From an uncultured Thermococci archaeon (GTDB taxonomy: Archaea; Methanobacteriota_B; Thermococci; Thermococcales; Thermococcaceae): a DNA stretch of 33,326 bases. Below the pieces are notes generated by a model, which worked only from the letters and a program-made list of their open reading frames with translations, was not told the DNA's origin and did not search any database. Shown in pieces: positions 18,083-27,598 of this stretch (position 1 is the first letter of the stretch; every line of letters begins with the position of its first letter). A program made the translations under genes and the position numbers. The DNA is taken from contig CAZAPD010000126.1 in NCBI GenBank assembly GCA_964487115.1, positions 1 to 33,326 on the forward strand, written 5' to 3'.

Positions 18083-19039
18083 TCACCCCCTATACATGTG
18101 ACATGCAACGAAATGATTTCTCCCAATTTTAATCATATCGGGCTCCTCTTTACAGATTTGCATTGCATATGGACACCGCGGATGAAGTCTGCATCCTGAA
18201 GGCGGTTTTAGAAGAGCGGGAGGCTCTCCGGGAATTTCTTGGAGCTTTATCTCTCTATAGCTAATCCCCAACCTTGGCAGTGAATTTAGGAGCATCTGAG
18301 TGTATGGATGAGCAGGTTCGTTGATGATTTTTTCTGTTGGCCCAATTTCAACGACTTTTCCTGCATACATTATCATTATTCTATCCGCTATTTTGTCAAG
18401 AAGTCCCATATCATGAGTGATAAAGATTATTGAATCAACAATTTTTTCTTCCTTGATGAATGAATAAAGAAGCTCCAGAATTATCCTCTGATTTGTTACA
18501 TCTAAAGCAGATGTTATTTCATCAGCTATTAAAAGTTTTGGATCGAGTAGTGTTGAAACAACCATGACAGCTCTTTGTTTCATTCCTCCACTGAGTTCTA
18601 TGGGATACATATTGGCTACTTGTTCGGAGAGACCCACCATTTTAAGGCGTTCTCTCAGCTTGTTCTCAATCTCCTCTCTGTCCTTATACCCATGTTCTTT
18701 TGCCAAATCGCGAACTATTTCTTTAATCCTTTTTGTTGGGTTAAGGGCATTAAGAGAATACTGGGGAATTATAGAGAGTTTGGTGTACCTAATTTTCCGA
18801 TATTCTTTTTCATTGAGTGTCATTATATTTTTCCCGTCAAGAATAGCTTCCCCACCCATATGTACCATTGGAGGTTTTCTCAAAACTAAGGAGTTAACCA
18901 AAGTAGATTTACCGCAACCACTCTCTCCTGCAATCCCAAATATCTCTCCTTTTTTAACCTCAAAGCTAACTCCATCCACAGCTTTTACGAATCCTAAGGG
19001 GGTTTTGTAATATATTTTAAGGTTATTGACCTTAAGCAT
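18083..19039 (-). CDS. Opp/Dpp-type ABC ATPase (OppD/CbtD-like)
   Basis: GESGCGKS, LSGGMKQR, HPYT and GCRLHPRCP. ATG 19039. Confidence 0.93.
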   Translation of the reverse strand: MLKVNNLKIYYKTPLGFVKAVDGVSFEVKKGEIFGIAGESGCGKSTLVNSLVLRKPPMVHMGGEAILDGKNIMTLNEKEYRKIRYTKLSIIPQYSLNALNPTKRIKEIVRDLAKEHGYKDREEIENKLRERLKMVGLSEQVANMYPIELSGGMKQRAVMVVSTLLDPKLLIADEITSALDVTNQRIILELLYSFIKEEKIVDSIIFITHDMGLLDKIADRIMIMYAGKVVEIGPTEKIINEPAHPYTQMLLNSLPRLGISYREIKLQEIPGEPPALLKPPSGCRLHPRCPYAMQICKEEPDMIKIGRNHFVACHMYRG

Positions 19040-19040
19040 G

Positions 19041-19964
19041 TCATTCCCTCCTGAGTCTTGGATTGAATATCTCATCGAGACCTGTGTTTATGAGATACAG
19101 TCCTGTGATTAATACAGCAATTACAAGTCCGGGGGGAATTGCCCACCACCAGTATCCAAGGTTTATAGCATTCCAGAGAACTGCCTGTTGAAGCATTATA
19201 CCCAATGACATGCCTCTTGTAGGTCCAAGACCTATAAAATCCAGACCCACTGCCGCGAGAATTGATCCACCAAACTGTAAGATGAATACCATAAAAACGT
19301 AAGACATCATGTTTGGAAGTATTTCTCCGAATAGTATCTTTGATTCGCTCATTCCACTAATTCTTGCAAGGTCTACAAATCCCCTGCGTTTTAATGAAAG
19401 AGTTTGAGCTCTTACTGCTCTTGCTGTCCATGGCCATGCTGTTAGGCCTATAATCAGGCTTTCTATCCCAACCCCTCTGTAAGGTAAATATGCCGCTATT
19501 ATAATAAGCAGAGCCATTGTTGGAATTACAAGCATTATATTTGTGATCATCATTAAACTTTCATCAGCCCAACCCCCTTTATATCCCGCCACAAAACCTA
19601 TTAACAATCCTATTAATGTGGCTAATCCTCCGGCAATTAGTCCTATAAACAGTGATGACCTTAGTCCATATACAAGTTGAGCATATATATCCCTACCAAA
19701 ACTATCCGTTCCAAGATAATGTTTTACCTCAACTGCCCCCTGAGGAGTAAAAATTTCTCCAACAGAACCCGGTTTTAGTGATGGAAGTGAGGGTTTTGGG
19801 GCTATTCTTTCACCAAATTTCACTGGATAGTATCCCATACTGTCAAAAGGAGTAAGCAGTGGGCCTATCATTGCCCATAACACAAAAATTAATATTATCA
19901 CAAACCCAACCTTGAATTTTGTATTCCCAAAAGCAATTCTGAGGGTTTCTTTACTTATTTTCAT
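19041..19964 (-). CDS. Opp-type ABC permease (OppC/CbtC-like)
   Basis: H.LGTD.FGRD, AR.VRAQ, ILPN and NPRLR. ATG 19964. Confidence 0.93.
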   Translation of the reverse strand: MKISKETLRIAFGNTKFKVGFVIILIFVLWAMIGPLLTPFDSMGYYPVKFGERIAPKPSLPSLKPGSVGEIFTPQGAVEVKHYLGTDSFGRDIYAQLVYGLRSSLFIGLIAGGLATLIGLLIGFVAGYKGGWADESLMMITNIMLVIPTMALLIIIAAYLPYRGVGIESLIIGLTAWPWTARAVRAQTLSLKRRGFVDLARISGMSESKILFGEILPNMMSYVFMVFILQFGGSILAAVGLDFIGLGPTRGMSLGIMLQQAVLWNAINLGYWWWAIPPGLVIAVLITGLYLINTGLDEIFNPRLRRE

Positions 19965-19965
19965 T

Positions 19966-20967
19966 TCAGGCCCCCTCCTCTGTATAGGAATATCTGATTC
20001 TCGGGTCAATAAAGGCATAAAGCAAATCTATTGTGAAATTAGCAATGAGTACAGTGAGGATTATCACTAAGAAACAGCCCTGGATCAGGAAATAGTCTTG
20101 ATTCATGATGCCCTGCATTAGAATATATCCTATCCCCGGATATGAAAAAACAACTTGGACTGTGACATTACCTGCAACTATGAGACCTAACTGAAGGGCT
20201 AAGCCTGTTATCTGGGGTAACATTGCATTTTTGAAAGCATGCTTCATGAGTAATCTTTCAGAAGCGCCGAGGCTTTCTAAATATCTGACATAATCTGCTT
20301 CAACTTCATAAATTATCATGTTTCTCATTCCAATCGCCCAGCCACCAAGCTGAACAAAGAATAAGCTTAAGAATGGAAGGATCCAGTGGTGAAGATAATC
20401 CTTTATAAATGTCCAGCTAAAAGAGGGTATTACTCCATATCCATATGCACCGGAGATAGGGAAAAGTCCAAGTTTCACTGTAAATACATAGGCAAGGATT
20501 ATAGCGAACCAGAAATAGGGTGATGCCTGAAGAAAGTAGAATATAGGCATTAAATATGAATCAAATCGTTTACTTTTACCCGCATATGCGCCAAGCCAGT
20601 TTCCTACTACCCAGCTACTTATTATAGACGGCAATAGTAAAGCAAGATCATATGGTAGTGCTTCTCTTATGATTTGAGCAACAGGCTTTGGATAATAGTA
20701 AATACTTATTCCGAGATCGCCATGCAGTACTGCATTCCAGAAGGAGAGGTATTGTTGCCACAGAGGTTTGTTTAACCCAAATGCTTCTATAAAATATCCG
20801 TGAAGATAATTCGCGACATCGGGTAAAGTGGCAAATCTGGATAGCAAAACACCTATTGGATCACCCGGCATTAGACGGGGAATTATGAAATCAATTGTCA
20901 CTGCAAATACAAATGTCAGTGCATATATTAGAGATTTCCTCATGAGATATCTTTTTATTCCACTCAT
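19966..20967 (-). CDS. Opp-type ABC permease (OppB/CbtB-like)
   Basis: RLMPGDP, GDLG.S, H.FKNAMLP, F.YPGIG and DPRIR. ATG 20967. Confidence 0.93.
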   Translation of the reverse strand: MSGIKRYLMRKSLIYALTFVFAVTIDFIIPRLMPGDPIGVLLSRFATLPDVANYLHGYFIEAFGLNKPLWQQYLSFWNAVLHGDLGISIYYYPKPVAQIIREALPYDLALLLPSIISSWVVGNWLGAYAGKSKRFDSYLMPIFYFLQASPYFWFAIILAYVFTVKLGLFPISGAYGYGVIPSFSWTFIKDYLHHWILPFLSLFFVQLGGWAIGMRNMIIYEVEADYVRYLESLGASERLLMKHAFKNAMLPQITGLALQLGLIVAGNVTVQVVFSYPGIGYILMQGIMNQDYFLIQGCFLVIILTVLIANFTIDLLYAFIDPRIRYSYTEEGA

Positions 20968-21010
20968 CTTGTACCCCTCGCTCATAGCTTGGATATTTTT
21001 AACCATAAGG

Positions 21011-21024
21011 AAAAATAAAATAAA
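21011..21024 (-). terminator. Oligo-T terminator/attenuator after the OppA-type gene
   Basis: Minus strand TTTATTTTATTTTT in the gap between binding protein and permease. Confidence 0.45.
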
Positions 21025-21050
21025 TGTAGGCTTAAGGTAAGTGGATGTTT

Positions 21051-22940
21051 TTATCTGCGTCTTCTAAACAGTAGAGGAATTAATGCTAAACCTACTAAAC
21101 TAACAGGTCCACAGATGCCTCCGGTCTTGTTAGTAGTGCTGGCTGAAGTAGGGCTTGTGGATGACGTTGTGCTTACAGTGGAAGTTGAACTTGAAGTTAC
21201 GGTATGTGTAGTAGTTGTCTCAGTGGGAGTCTGGGCTTTTACTGGCTTTATATGGAGGAGGACTTTTAGACCTCCCATTTGCCAATAGTTTTGCCATGAT
21301 AATGGAAGTGCATAGGGATGGTTAGCATCTGGCCAGTTTGTCCAGTATTGAGTGCTTGCTTCAAACCATGCCCCGTTATATATCAATGGAATGTATGGGA
21401 GATCCCTAAGGAATATCTCTTGGAGTTCATGATAATACTGAATCTTCTTATTCTCATCTTTTTCTATATTTATCATGTGTAGAAGCTCTGCTACTTTGCC
21501 GTTTTTGTATCTTCCCCAATTTCCTGAATATGATGCCTTACCTATGGGAGCAACGTCAGGATATAGAAGCCAATTAAACCATTCCCATGGTGTTGCATAA
21601 ACTTGACTCCCGAAGTTGTTTATTGCCATATCAAAGCTACCCTTTGTTATGTCCTCGTAGTATTTACTGTAATCTGGGAATTTAGGATCAACTCTTATTC
21701 CTACGAGCTGGAGATTTTCACTTATAACTCTGGCCATTTCCATCCAATCAGTCCATCCATATGGTACTTCGATTGTTAGTTTTAACGGTTTACCATCTGG
21801 AAATTCACGATAGCCATCCCCGTTAATATCTTTAAAGCCCAGTTTATCCAGTATCTCATTGGCTTTTTTAGGATCATATGAAAAACCATACATTTTAACA
21901 GCATTCTCATCGTAGATTTTCTTGAACACTGGATATTGGATGAGTAGGCCTGTCGGATTAGCTGGAGTTACCTGATTCTGTGAGGCTCTCTGAGCAATTT
22001 CATTTGGATTTATTGCGTATGCCAGTGCTCTTCTAAACTCTGGGTTATTAAGGGGCTTTTCCTGTGTATTAAGGAATAAGAAAGCAGTGTTAATGCCGAG
22101 ATGATAGGGTTTGTCCTTAAACCATGTCACTATTCCATATCTACTCTTAACATCAGGTATTCCAGGAATGAAGAAGTTGCTCCAGTCCAGATCGCCTTTG
22201 ACAAGCATTGAGAGAGCAAGATTGTTACTGTATACAATGACATAGACAATATATTTTGGAGCCGGTTTTCCATAATATTTGATTCCCCACCAGTTGTCGT
22301 TTCTGATCAGGATGAACCTCATCTGGTCTGTTTTGTAGAGCTTATACATTCCAGAGCCGATTGGATTTTTGGTGTTTGCATAGTTAACTGGATCTTTGAT
22401 GTTTTTCCATATATGTTCTGGAATTATTGCAATGTTATAAAGCCAATATCTCCATTCCTCATAGTGAGGTTCGCTGAAGATAAATTGGACTGTTCTGTCA
22501 TCAATTACTTTGACTTCCTTGAGCCATCCCCATACAGGAGAATAACTTAAACCTGAATGTTCCTTTGCATAGTCAAAGGTGAATTTGACATCTTCAGCAG
22601 TCAATGGCTTTCCATCTTGCCAGGTTAAGCCGTCTTTAAGTTTTACTTGATAAGTGTTGTCATTTATCCATTTTCCACTTTCTGCAAGCCAAGGTTCGAG
22701 TTTATCTTTTAATGGGTCATAAATAAATAGAGTTTCATATATAAGGCCTATTGTTCCTGTAACTGCTGCCCAACTTACAGTAGGATTAAAGTTATTAGGC
22801 TGGCTCCAGAGTCCTCCACCGACATAAAGAGTTTCGCCTCTTGGAAGCTGTACCTGCTCCTTGGCGCTTGTTAAATCTGCTTGTCCTAAAATGCTCAAAA
22901 CAAAAACAATGCCCAGAACCGTGGCTAGTATCTTTTTCAT
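21051..22940 (-). CDS. OppA-type (family 5) oligosaccharide-binding protein, CbtA-like, with CGP-CTERM anchor
   Basis: IYETLF, PWLAES, W.DG.PLTAEDV.FTF and VPYGWTDW. T/S linker then GGICGP-TM-RRRR. Flanked by GH5 and GH1 genes. ATG 22940. Confidence 0.9.
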   Translation of the reverse strand: MKKILATVLGIVFVLSILGQADLTSAKEQVQLPRGETLYVGGGLWSQPNNFNPTVSWAAVTGTIGLIYETLFIYDPLKDKLEPWLAESGKWINDNTYQVKLKDGLTWQDGKPLTAEDVKFTFDYAKEHSGLSYSPVWGWLKEVKVIDDRTVQFIFSEPHYEEWRYWLYNIAIIPEHIWKNIKDPVNYANTKNPIGSGMYKLYKTDQMRFILIRNDNWWGIKYYGKPAPKYIVYVIVYSNNLALSMLVKGDLDWSNFFIPGIPDVKSRYGIVTWFKDKPYHLGINTAFLFLNTQEKPLNNPEFRRALAYAINPNEIAQRASQNQVTPANPTGLLIQYPVFKKIYDENAVKMYGFSYDPKKANEILDKLGFKDINGDGYREFPDGKPLKLTIEVPYGWTDWMEMARVISENLQLVGIRVDPKFPDYSKYYEDITKGSFDMAINNFGSQVYATPWEWFNWLLYPDVAPIGKASYSGNWGRYKNGKVAELLHMINIEKDENKKIQYYHELQEIFLRDLPYIPLIYNGAWFEASTQYWTNWPDANHPYALPLSWQNYWQMGGLKVLLHIKPVKAQTPTETTTTHTVTSSSTSTVSTTSSTSPTSASTTNKTGGICGPVSLVGLALIPLLFRRRR

Positions 22941-22995
22941 GAGATATACCCCCATTTATATTAGACAGTGTTTGAATTTATCATTTTATAATCTA

Positions 22996-23072
22996 CATCA
23001 AATATTTATAAACTTTATGCCAAAATTATATTTAGTGTGATCTCTTATAAATTTGGGAAAAATTTATAAACT
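22996..23072. promoter_or_regulatory. Divergent promoters for the cbt-like operon and bmnA
   Basis: Minus-strand AAAG-TTTATAAATA (about 23002-23016) and plus-strand GAAAAA-TTTATAAA (23057-23070). Confidence 0.65.
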
Positions 23073-23114
23073 ATAGTATCTAAATACAGGTCAGATAAAA
23101 TTGGGGGTGGCAGA

Positions 23115-24647
23115 ATGCTTCACAAGGGATTTCTCTGGGGAGTCTCTCAATCCGGCTTTCAGTTTGAAATGGGGGATCGTTATCACAGGCATATAGACAC
23201 CAACACTGACTGGTGGCACTGGGTAAGGGATAAGGACAATATAGAAAAAAATCTTGTTAGTGGGGATTTGCCTGAAGAAGGAATTAATAATTACGAACTC
23301 TATGAGCGTGATCACACGATTGCAAGAAGCCTCGGTGCAAATATTTACCGTATAGGCATTGAGTGGAGCAGAATTTTTCCATGGCCTACTTATAATATTG
23401 ATGTTGATTATTCCATCGATGATTCATATGGTTTAATAAAGAATGTCAAGATTGATAAGGATACCTTGGACAAGCTGGAGAATATTGCAAACCAAAGAGA
23501 GCTCCTTTATTATCGTAATGTCATAAAGAGTCTCAGAGAAAAGGGTTTTAAAGTTATTGTCAATCTTAATCATTTTACGTTACCCTACTGGCTTCATGAT
23601 CCAATAGAAGCCCGAGAAAAGGCTTTAACTAATGGTAGAAATGGCTGGGTTAATTGGGAAACCCCTATTGAATTTGCAAAATTTGTAGCTTATATTGCTT
23701 ATAAGTTTGGTGACATCGTAGATATGTGGAGCACTTTTAACGAACCGATGGTTGTCATTGAACTTGGATACTTAGCTCCGTATTCTGGCTTCCCACCGGG
23801 AGTTATGAACCCCGAAGCAGTTAAACTTGCAATGATTCACATGATAAATGCTCATTCCTTAGCATATAAAATGATAAGGAAATTTGATCAAGAAAAAGCT
23901 GAGAAAGACTCAAAAGAACCAGCTAGTGTTGGAATTATCTACAATAACATAGGGGTTGCATATCCGCTCAATCCCAATGATCCAAAGGATGTGGAAGCTG
24001 CAGAAAATGATAATTTCTTCCATAGTAGACTCTTTTTGGAAGCGATTCATTGGGGAAAACTCAACATAGAGTTTGATGGGGAGACTTTTGTTAAGCTCCC
24101 TTATCTTAAGGGAAATGACTGGCTGGGTGTTAATTACTACACAAGGGAAGTTGTAACATATCAGGAATCTCCATTTCCTATGCTGCCGTTAATTTCATTT
24201 AAAGGTGCTCAGGGCTATGGCTATGCTTGTAGGCCGGGAGCAACTTCAAAAGAGGGGAATCCTGTGAGTGATATAGGATGGGAGGTTTATCCACAGGGAA
24301 TATATGACTCTATAATCGAAGCTGAGAGGTACAAAGTTCCACTATATATAACTGAAAATGGGGTTGCTGATTCAAAAGATGTCTTGAGACCATATTATCT
24401 TGTAAGCCATATAAAAGCCATAGAAGATGCATATGATGCAGGTCATAAGGTAAATGGATATTTCTATTGGGCACTTACAGATAACTATGAATGGGCTCTG
24501 GGCTTTAGAATGAGATTCGGTCTTTATGAAGTTGATCTAATAACCAAGGAAAGAAAACCCCGAAAAAGAAGTGTTAAAGTTTACAAAGAGATTATCGAAA
24601 ACAATGGTACAACCTCCGAGCTTAGAAAGAGGTTTAAGCTGGAATAG
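23115..24647 (+). CDS. bmnA: GH1 beta-mannosidase/beta-glycosidase (BmnA type)
   Basis: FLWGV.QSGFQFEMGD, TFNEP (acid/base), ITENG (nucleophile) and DNYEWA.G. 510 aa, closely matching P. furiosus BmnA as I remember it. Confidence 0.9.
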   Translation: MLHKGFLWGVSQSGFQFEMGDRYHRHIDTNTDWWHWVRDKDNIEKNLVSGDLPEEGINNYELYERDHTIARSLGANIYRIGIEWSRIFPWPTYNIDVDYSIDDSYGLIKNVKIDKDTLDKLENIANQRELLYYRNVIKSLREKGFKVIVNLNHFTLPYWLHDPIEAREKALTNGRNGWVNWETPIEFAKFVAYIAYKFGDIVDMWSTFNEPMVVIELGYLAPYSGFPPGVMNPEAVKLAMIHMINAHSLAYKMIRKFDQEKAEKDSKEPASVGIIYNNIGVAYPLNPNDPKDVEAAENDNFFHSRLFLEAIHWGKLNIEFDGETFVKLPYLKGNDWLGVNYYTREVVTYQESPFPMLPLISFKGAQGYGYACRPGATSKEGNPVSDIGWEVYPQGIYDSIIEAERYKVPLYITENGVADSKDVLRPYYLVSHIKAIEDAYDAGHKVNGYFYWALTDNYEWALGFRMRFGLYEVDLITKERKPRKRSVKVYKEIIENNGTTSELRKRFKLE

Positions 24648-24690
24648 TTTTTAAATAATTTTTGTGATTTATATACACGGGTGAGTTAAT

Positions 24691-24909
24691 ATGAAAACGA
24701 TAGCAGTCGACGAAGAAACTTGGGAAGCAATAAAGCAACTTAAAACTAAACTTGATGCTAAATCTTACACAGAAGTTCTCAAAAAGCTTATAGAAGTATG
24801 GCATTCAGTAGAGCTTGACACTAAGGCAGAAAAAGTTGTAATTGAAGATGAAGATGCTGATTTTGTAATTTCAATTCTTAAAAACAAAAAGAAGGGAAAA
24901 AATGACTGA
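24691..24909 (+). CDS. VapB-like ribbon-helix-helix antitoxin/DNA-binding protein
   Basis: MKTIAVDEETWEAIKQLK...SY.EVL..LI is an archaeal RHH-type N-terminus. Lies directly upstream of a PIN gene. Confidence 0.7.
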   Translation: MKTIAVDEETWEAIKQLKTKLDAKSYTEVLKKLIEVWHSVELDTKAEKVVIEDEDADFVISILKNKKKGKND

Positions 24910-24932
24910 AAACATAGAGGGAGGGCAATGAT

Positions 24933-25406
24933 ATGAGAACACTACCTCAGAGGATATCTTTTGATCCATTTTCATTCTTGAAGATAACTCAGAGGCAGAA
25001 CAAGGATATACTTGAATTTCTACTTGCAGAATTCGAGATATACATATCACTTCCCACTCTTCATTCTTACCTTCTCGCGAAAGCTATTAGAAATATGAAC
25101 ATATCCAAAGAATTGGAAGATTTGAAGGAAATCTTCAGAATAGTCGATACATCCAACGAGTTGTTAGAGAAAATGGCTAAGATAGAAAGTGTGCTTGTAA
25201 AAGATAGTATTTTTGTTGATTTTGATAATCTTATGACTGCGGTATCTGCCATTGTTACTAATTCTTTACTTGTGGTTAATAATGAAGACTCCAAAGACTA
25301 TGAACCATTTATAAAGTATGGTCTGGATTTTATAAGTTACAAAAAATTTTTAGAAGAGATTGAGGCACTTGCGGAGGAAGAAGCTAAAAAAGAAAAAATT
25401 TTGTAG
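24933..25406 (+). CDS. PIN-domain (VapC-like) protein, degenerate active site
   Basis: PIN layout: ISFDP, IYISLPTLHSY, FRIVD, FDNLMTAVSA and LLVVNN...DY. RBS GGAGG. Confidence 0.7.
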   Translation: MRTLPQRISFDPFSFLKITQRQNKDILEFLLAEFEIYISLPTLHSYLLAKAIRNMNISKELEDLKEIFRIVDTSNELLEKMAKIESVLVKDSIFVDFDNLMTAVSAIVTNSLLVVNNEDSKDYEPFIKYGLDFISYKKFLEEIEALAEEEAKKEKIL

Positions 25407-25422
25407 GTATATTGAGATCCGG

Positions 25423-26361
25423 TTATCCCCTGTAAATTTCTTTTATTTCTTCCATGGAAGATATATCGGCTATTCTGGGAACACTCCATGCTCCCCGCTT
25501 AAGTGTCGAGAGTGCGGCAACGAGATTTGCAAATTTTCCGATTTTTGTAAGTTCATCTTCACTCAGCTCAAGATTTCTTAACTTTTTAAGATGCCAGAGA
25601 GATGCTAAAAGGGCTGCCATGTATGCGTCTCCGGCTCCAGTTGTGTCAACCGGTTGCACCTTATATGGGGGGATGTGCACTTCAATGTCCTTGTGTATCA
25701 AAGTGCTTCCTTTGGAACCTCTTGTTATGGCAAGAAGCTTAAAATCATAATCTCTGACCTCTATTCCATGTTTCGTTAAATAGTGCATTTCTTCTTCTCC
25801 TATTTTGATTATGTGTGCAAGCTTTAACCCTTTTTCAATGTCTTTTAGCATCTCGTCCTCTCTTTCTCTCCATAGATCAAGGCGAATATTTACATCATAG
25901 CTTAGAGGGACTCTTGTTGTTTTTAGGAAATTAAAAACCGTGGATCGGCTTGGCTCTCTGGCAAAGAGTACGCTTCCGAAATGGATTAAACTTATCCTAT
26001 CAGTATCGACTGCAATCAGATCTTCCTCTTTAATGTTGAAGTATGCCACTCCATCATAGAGGATAAACTCAGGTTTGGCTCCTATCAGTTGGACAAAGAC
26101 AACACCAGTGTGCTTTTCTAAGTCCCTCCTGATGTATTTCGTAACGACCCTTTCTTTTTTTAGCATCTCCAAAAGGAAGTCTCCAAAGGGATCGGCTCCA
26201 ACTTTGCTTATTAATGCCGTAGGAACTCCTAATCGAGAAAGTCCGACCACGACGTTAGCTGGTGCTCCGCCCGCATGCTTCTCAAAACTCCTGACGTTTT
26301 TTAACGGATCCTCTTGCTGGGCTATGAAGTCTATCAATATTTCCCCAATTGCGAAGATCAT
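25423..26361 (-). CDS. PfkB-family carbohydrate kinase (fructokinase-like)
   Basis: IGEILIDF, GGAPANV, VG.D.FG, D.NIR..LW and VDTTGAGDA. Confidence 0.93.
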   Translation of the reverse strand: MIFAIGEILIDFIAQQEDPLKNVRSFEKHAGGAPANVVVGLSRLGVPTALISKVGADPFGDFLLEMLKKERVVTKYIRRDLEKHTGVVFVQLIGAKPEFILYDGVAYFNIKEEDLIAVDTDRISLIHFGSVLFAREPSRSTVFNFLKTTRVPLSYDVNIRLDLWREREDEMLKDIEKGLKLAHIIKIGEEEMHYLTKHGIEVRDYDFKLLAITRGSKGSTLIHKDIEVHIPPYKVQPVDTTGAGDAYMAALLASLWHLKKLRNLELSEDELTKIGKFANLVAALSTLKRGAWSVPRIADISSMEEIKEIYRG

Positions 26362-27557
26362 TATTGATCACCTAATTGTTCGATGAATTTGTGATAGAGG
26401 TTGATTAAGTTTTCCTTGGGATTTTTGTAATAATCATTGGGGACTTCAATTGGAAACTCTCTTTTCTTAAGTCTTCTCAGTTTTAATCTGGATTTAAATT
26501 CCCTAAGGACTATTGCAGTAGGTTTAAGGCTACCATCCCCTCTCAAGAGTCCAAAAAACCTTTCATGAATAGCTGTATTAAACGGAGGTCTGTCCCAGAG
26601 GTCCTCAGGATAGTCGGCGAAGTTCCAATACAATGCTCCAAGGGTACCTACCTCATAAAGACATTTTAGGGTTTTTTCAAGCCAGTTTGCCGCTTCTTTT
26701 TCATTGATTAAATAATGCTCAGTAATATGCTTCCCTGTAGCTGATTTTATCTTCCTTGTTTTTCCTTGGGTTATGGGCATTCCAAACTCTTCCATGAGAA
26801 CCTCTTTACCTCCAAGAGCCTTTGTCAAGAGACATGCAAAAGGTACAAAATATGGATCGAGAGGATCCGTAAAGTCAGTATAAACTGAGTAAGCATGCAT
26901 GCATAGAAAGTCATTATATCGGGCAACATCTTGAACTCTGAAGTGCTTATCCCTGTCTATATCCTCTTGGTGTATTCCAAATGTGATCGGTTTACTGCTG
27001 TTTTCTTTTATAGTCTTGTAAATAAATTTAACCCACTTCCTACCAATATCTGGGGTTCTTGGAATTCTGACATTATCTATTTCATTTGAGATGTCCCAAG
27101 CATAAATCACAGGGGAATCATCAAATTCTCCAGTTACACTGTCTAAAAGAAGTTTTTCTGCTTCTAAGATTTCTTTGTCCTCGTAGATATTCCTTGCTCT
27201 CCTGTCAATAACTCTTCCGCTGGAGTATGTTAAAAATCTGTCATGGGGTGTATCTTCCAATAGCCATTCTGGAAGCCAGTTTATACCACTCATGTGCCCT
27301 ATAAAGAATGTGGGAATTATGAGTAACTCCAAGTCACTGGCGATATCGAGGACTCTGCTTAGATTTCTCATGTTCTTGTCATCTATAATGTCTGGTTTTG
27401 GCTGAAAATCCTCCCAGAGTAGAAAAATCCTGATAACATCAAGATTAAGTTCTTTGATTATTGAAAACTCCTCTTTAACCTCTTTTTCATCGAATTCTTT
27501 CCACCAGTACATAGCTTTTTTTCTTGGCCAGTAATTTACTCCCAGTAGAAATTCCAT
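26361..27557 (-). CDS. Cytoplasmic clan GH-A glycosidase, GH5 exo-beta-mannosidase-like
   Basis: LGVNYWP...M..W, RIFLLWEDFQP, GHMSG.NW.P, WDISNE (acid/base), H.Y, MEEFG (nucleophile) and E..FGL. No signal peptide. ATG 27557 with RBS GGAGG. Confidence 0.85.
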   Translation of the reverse strand: MEFLLGVNYWPRKKAMYWWKEFDEKEVKEEFSIIKELNLDVIRIFLLWEDFQPKPDIIDDKNMRNLSRVLDIASDLELLIIPTFFIGHMSGINWLPEWLLEDTPHDRFLTYSSGRVIDRRARNIYEDKEILEAEKLLLDSVTGEFDDSPVIYAWDISNEIDNVRIPRTPDIGRKWVKFIYKTIKENSSKPITFGIHQEDIDRDKHFRVQDVARYNDFLCMHAYSVYTDFTDPLDPYFVPFACLLTKALGGKEVLMEEFGMPITQGKTRKIKSATGKHITEHYLINEKEAANWLEKTLKCLYEVGTLGALYWNFADYPEDLWDRPPFNTAIHERFFGLLRGDGSLKPTAIVLREFKSRLKLRRLKKREFPIEVPNDYYKNPKENLINLYHKFIEQLGDQ

Positions 27558-27598
27558 GTTTCTTCCCTCCGACGAATTATAAAAAGATGAAAAGGAAG

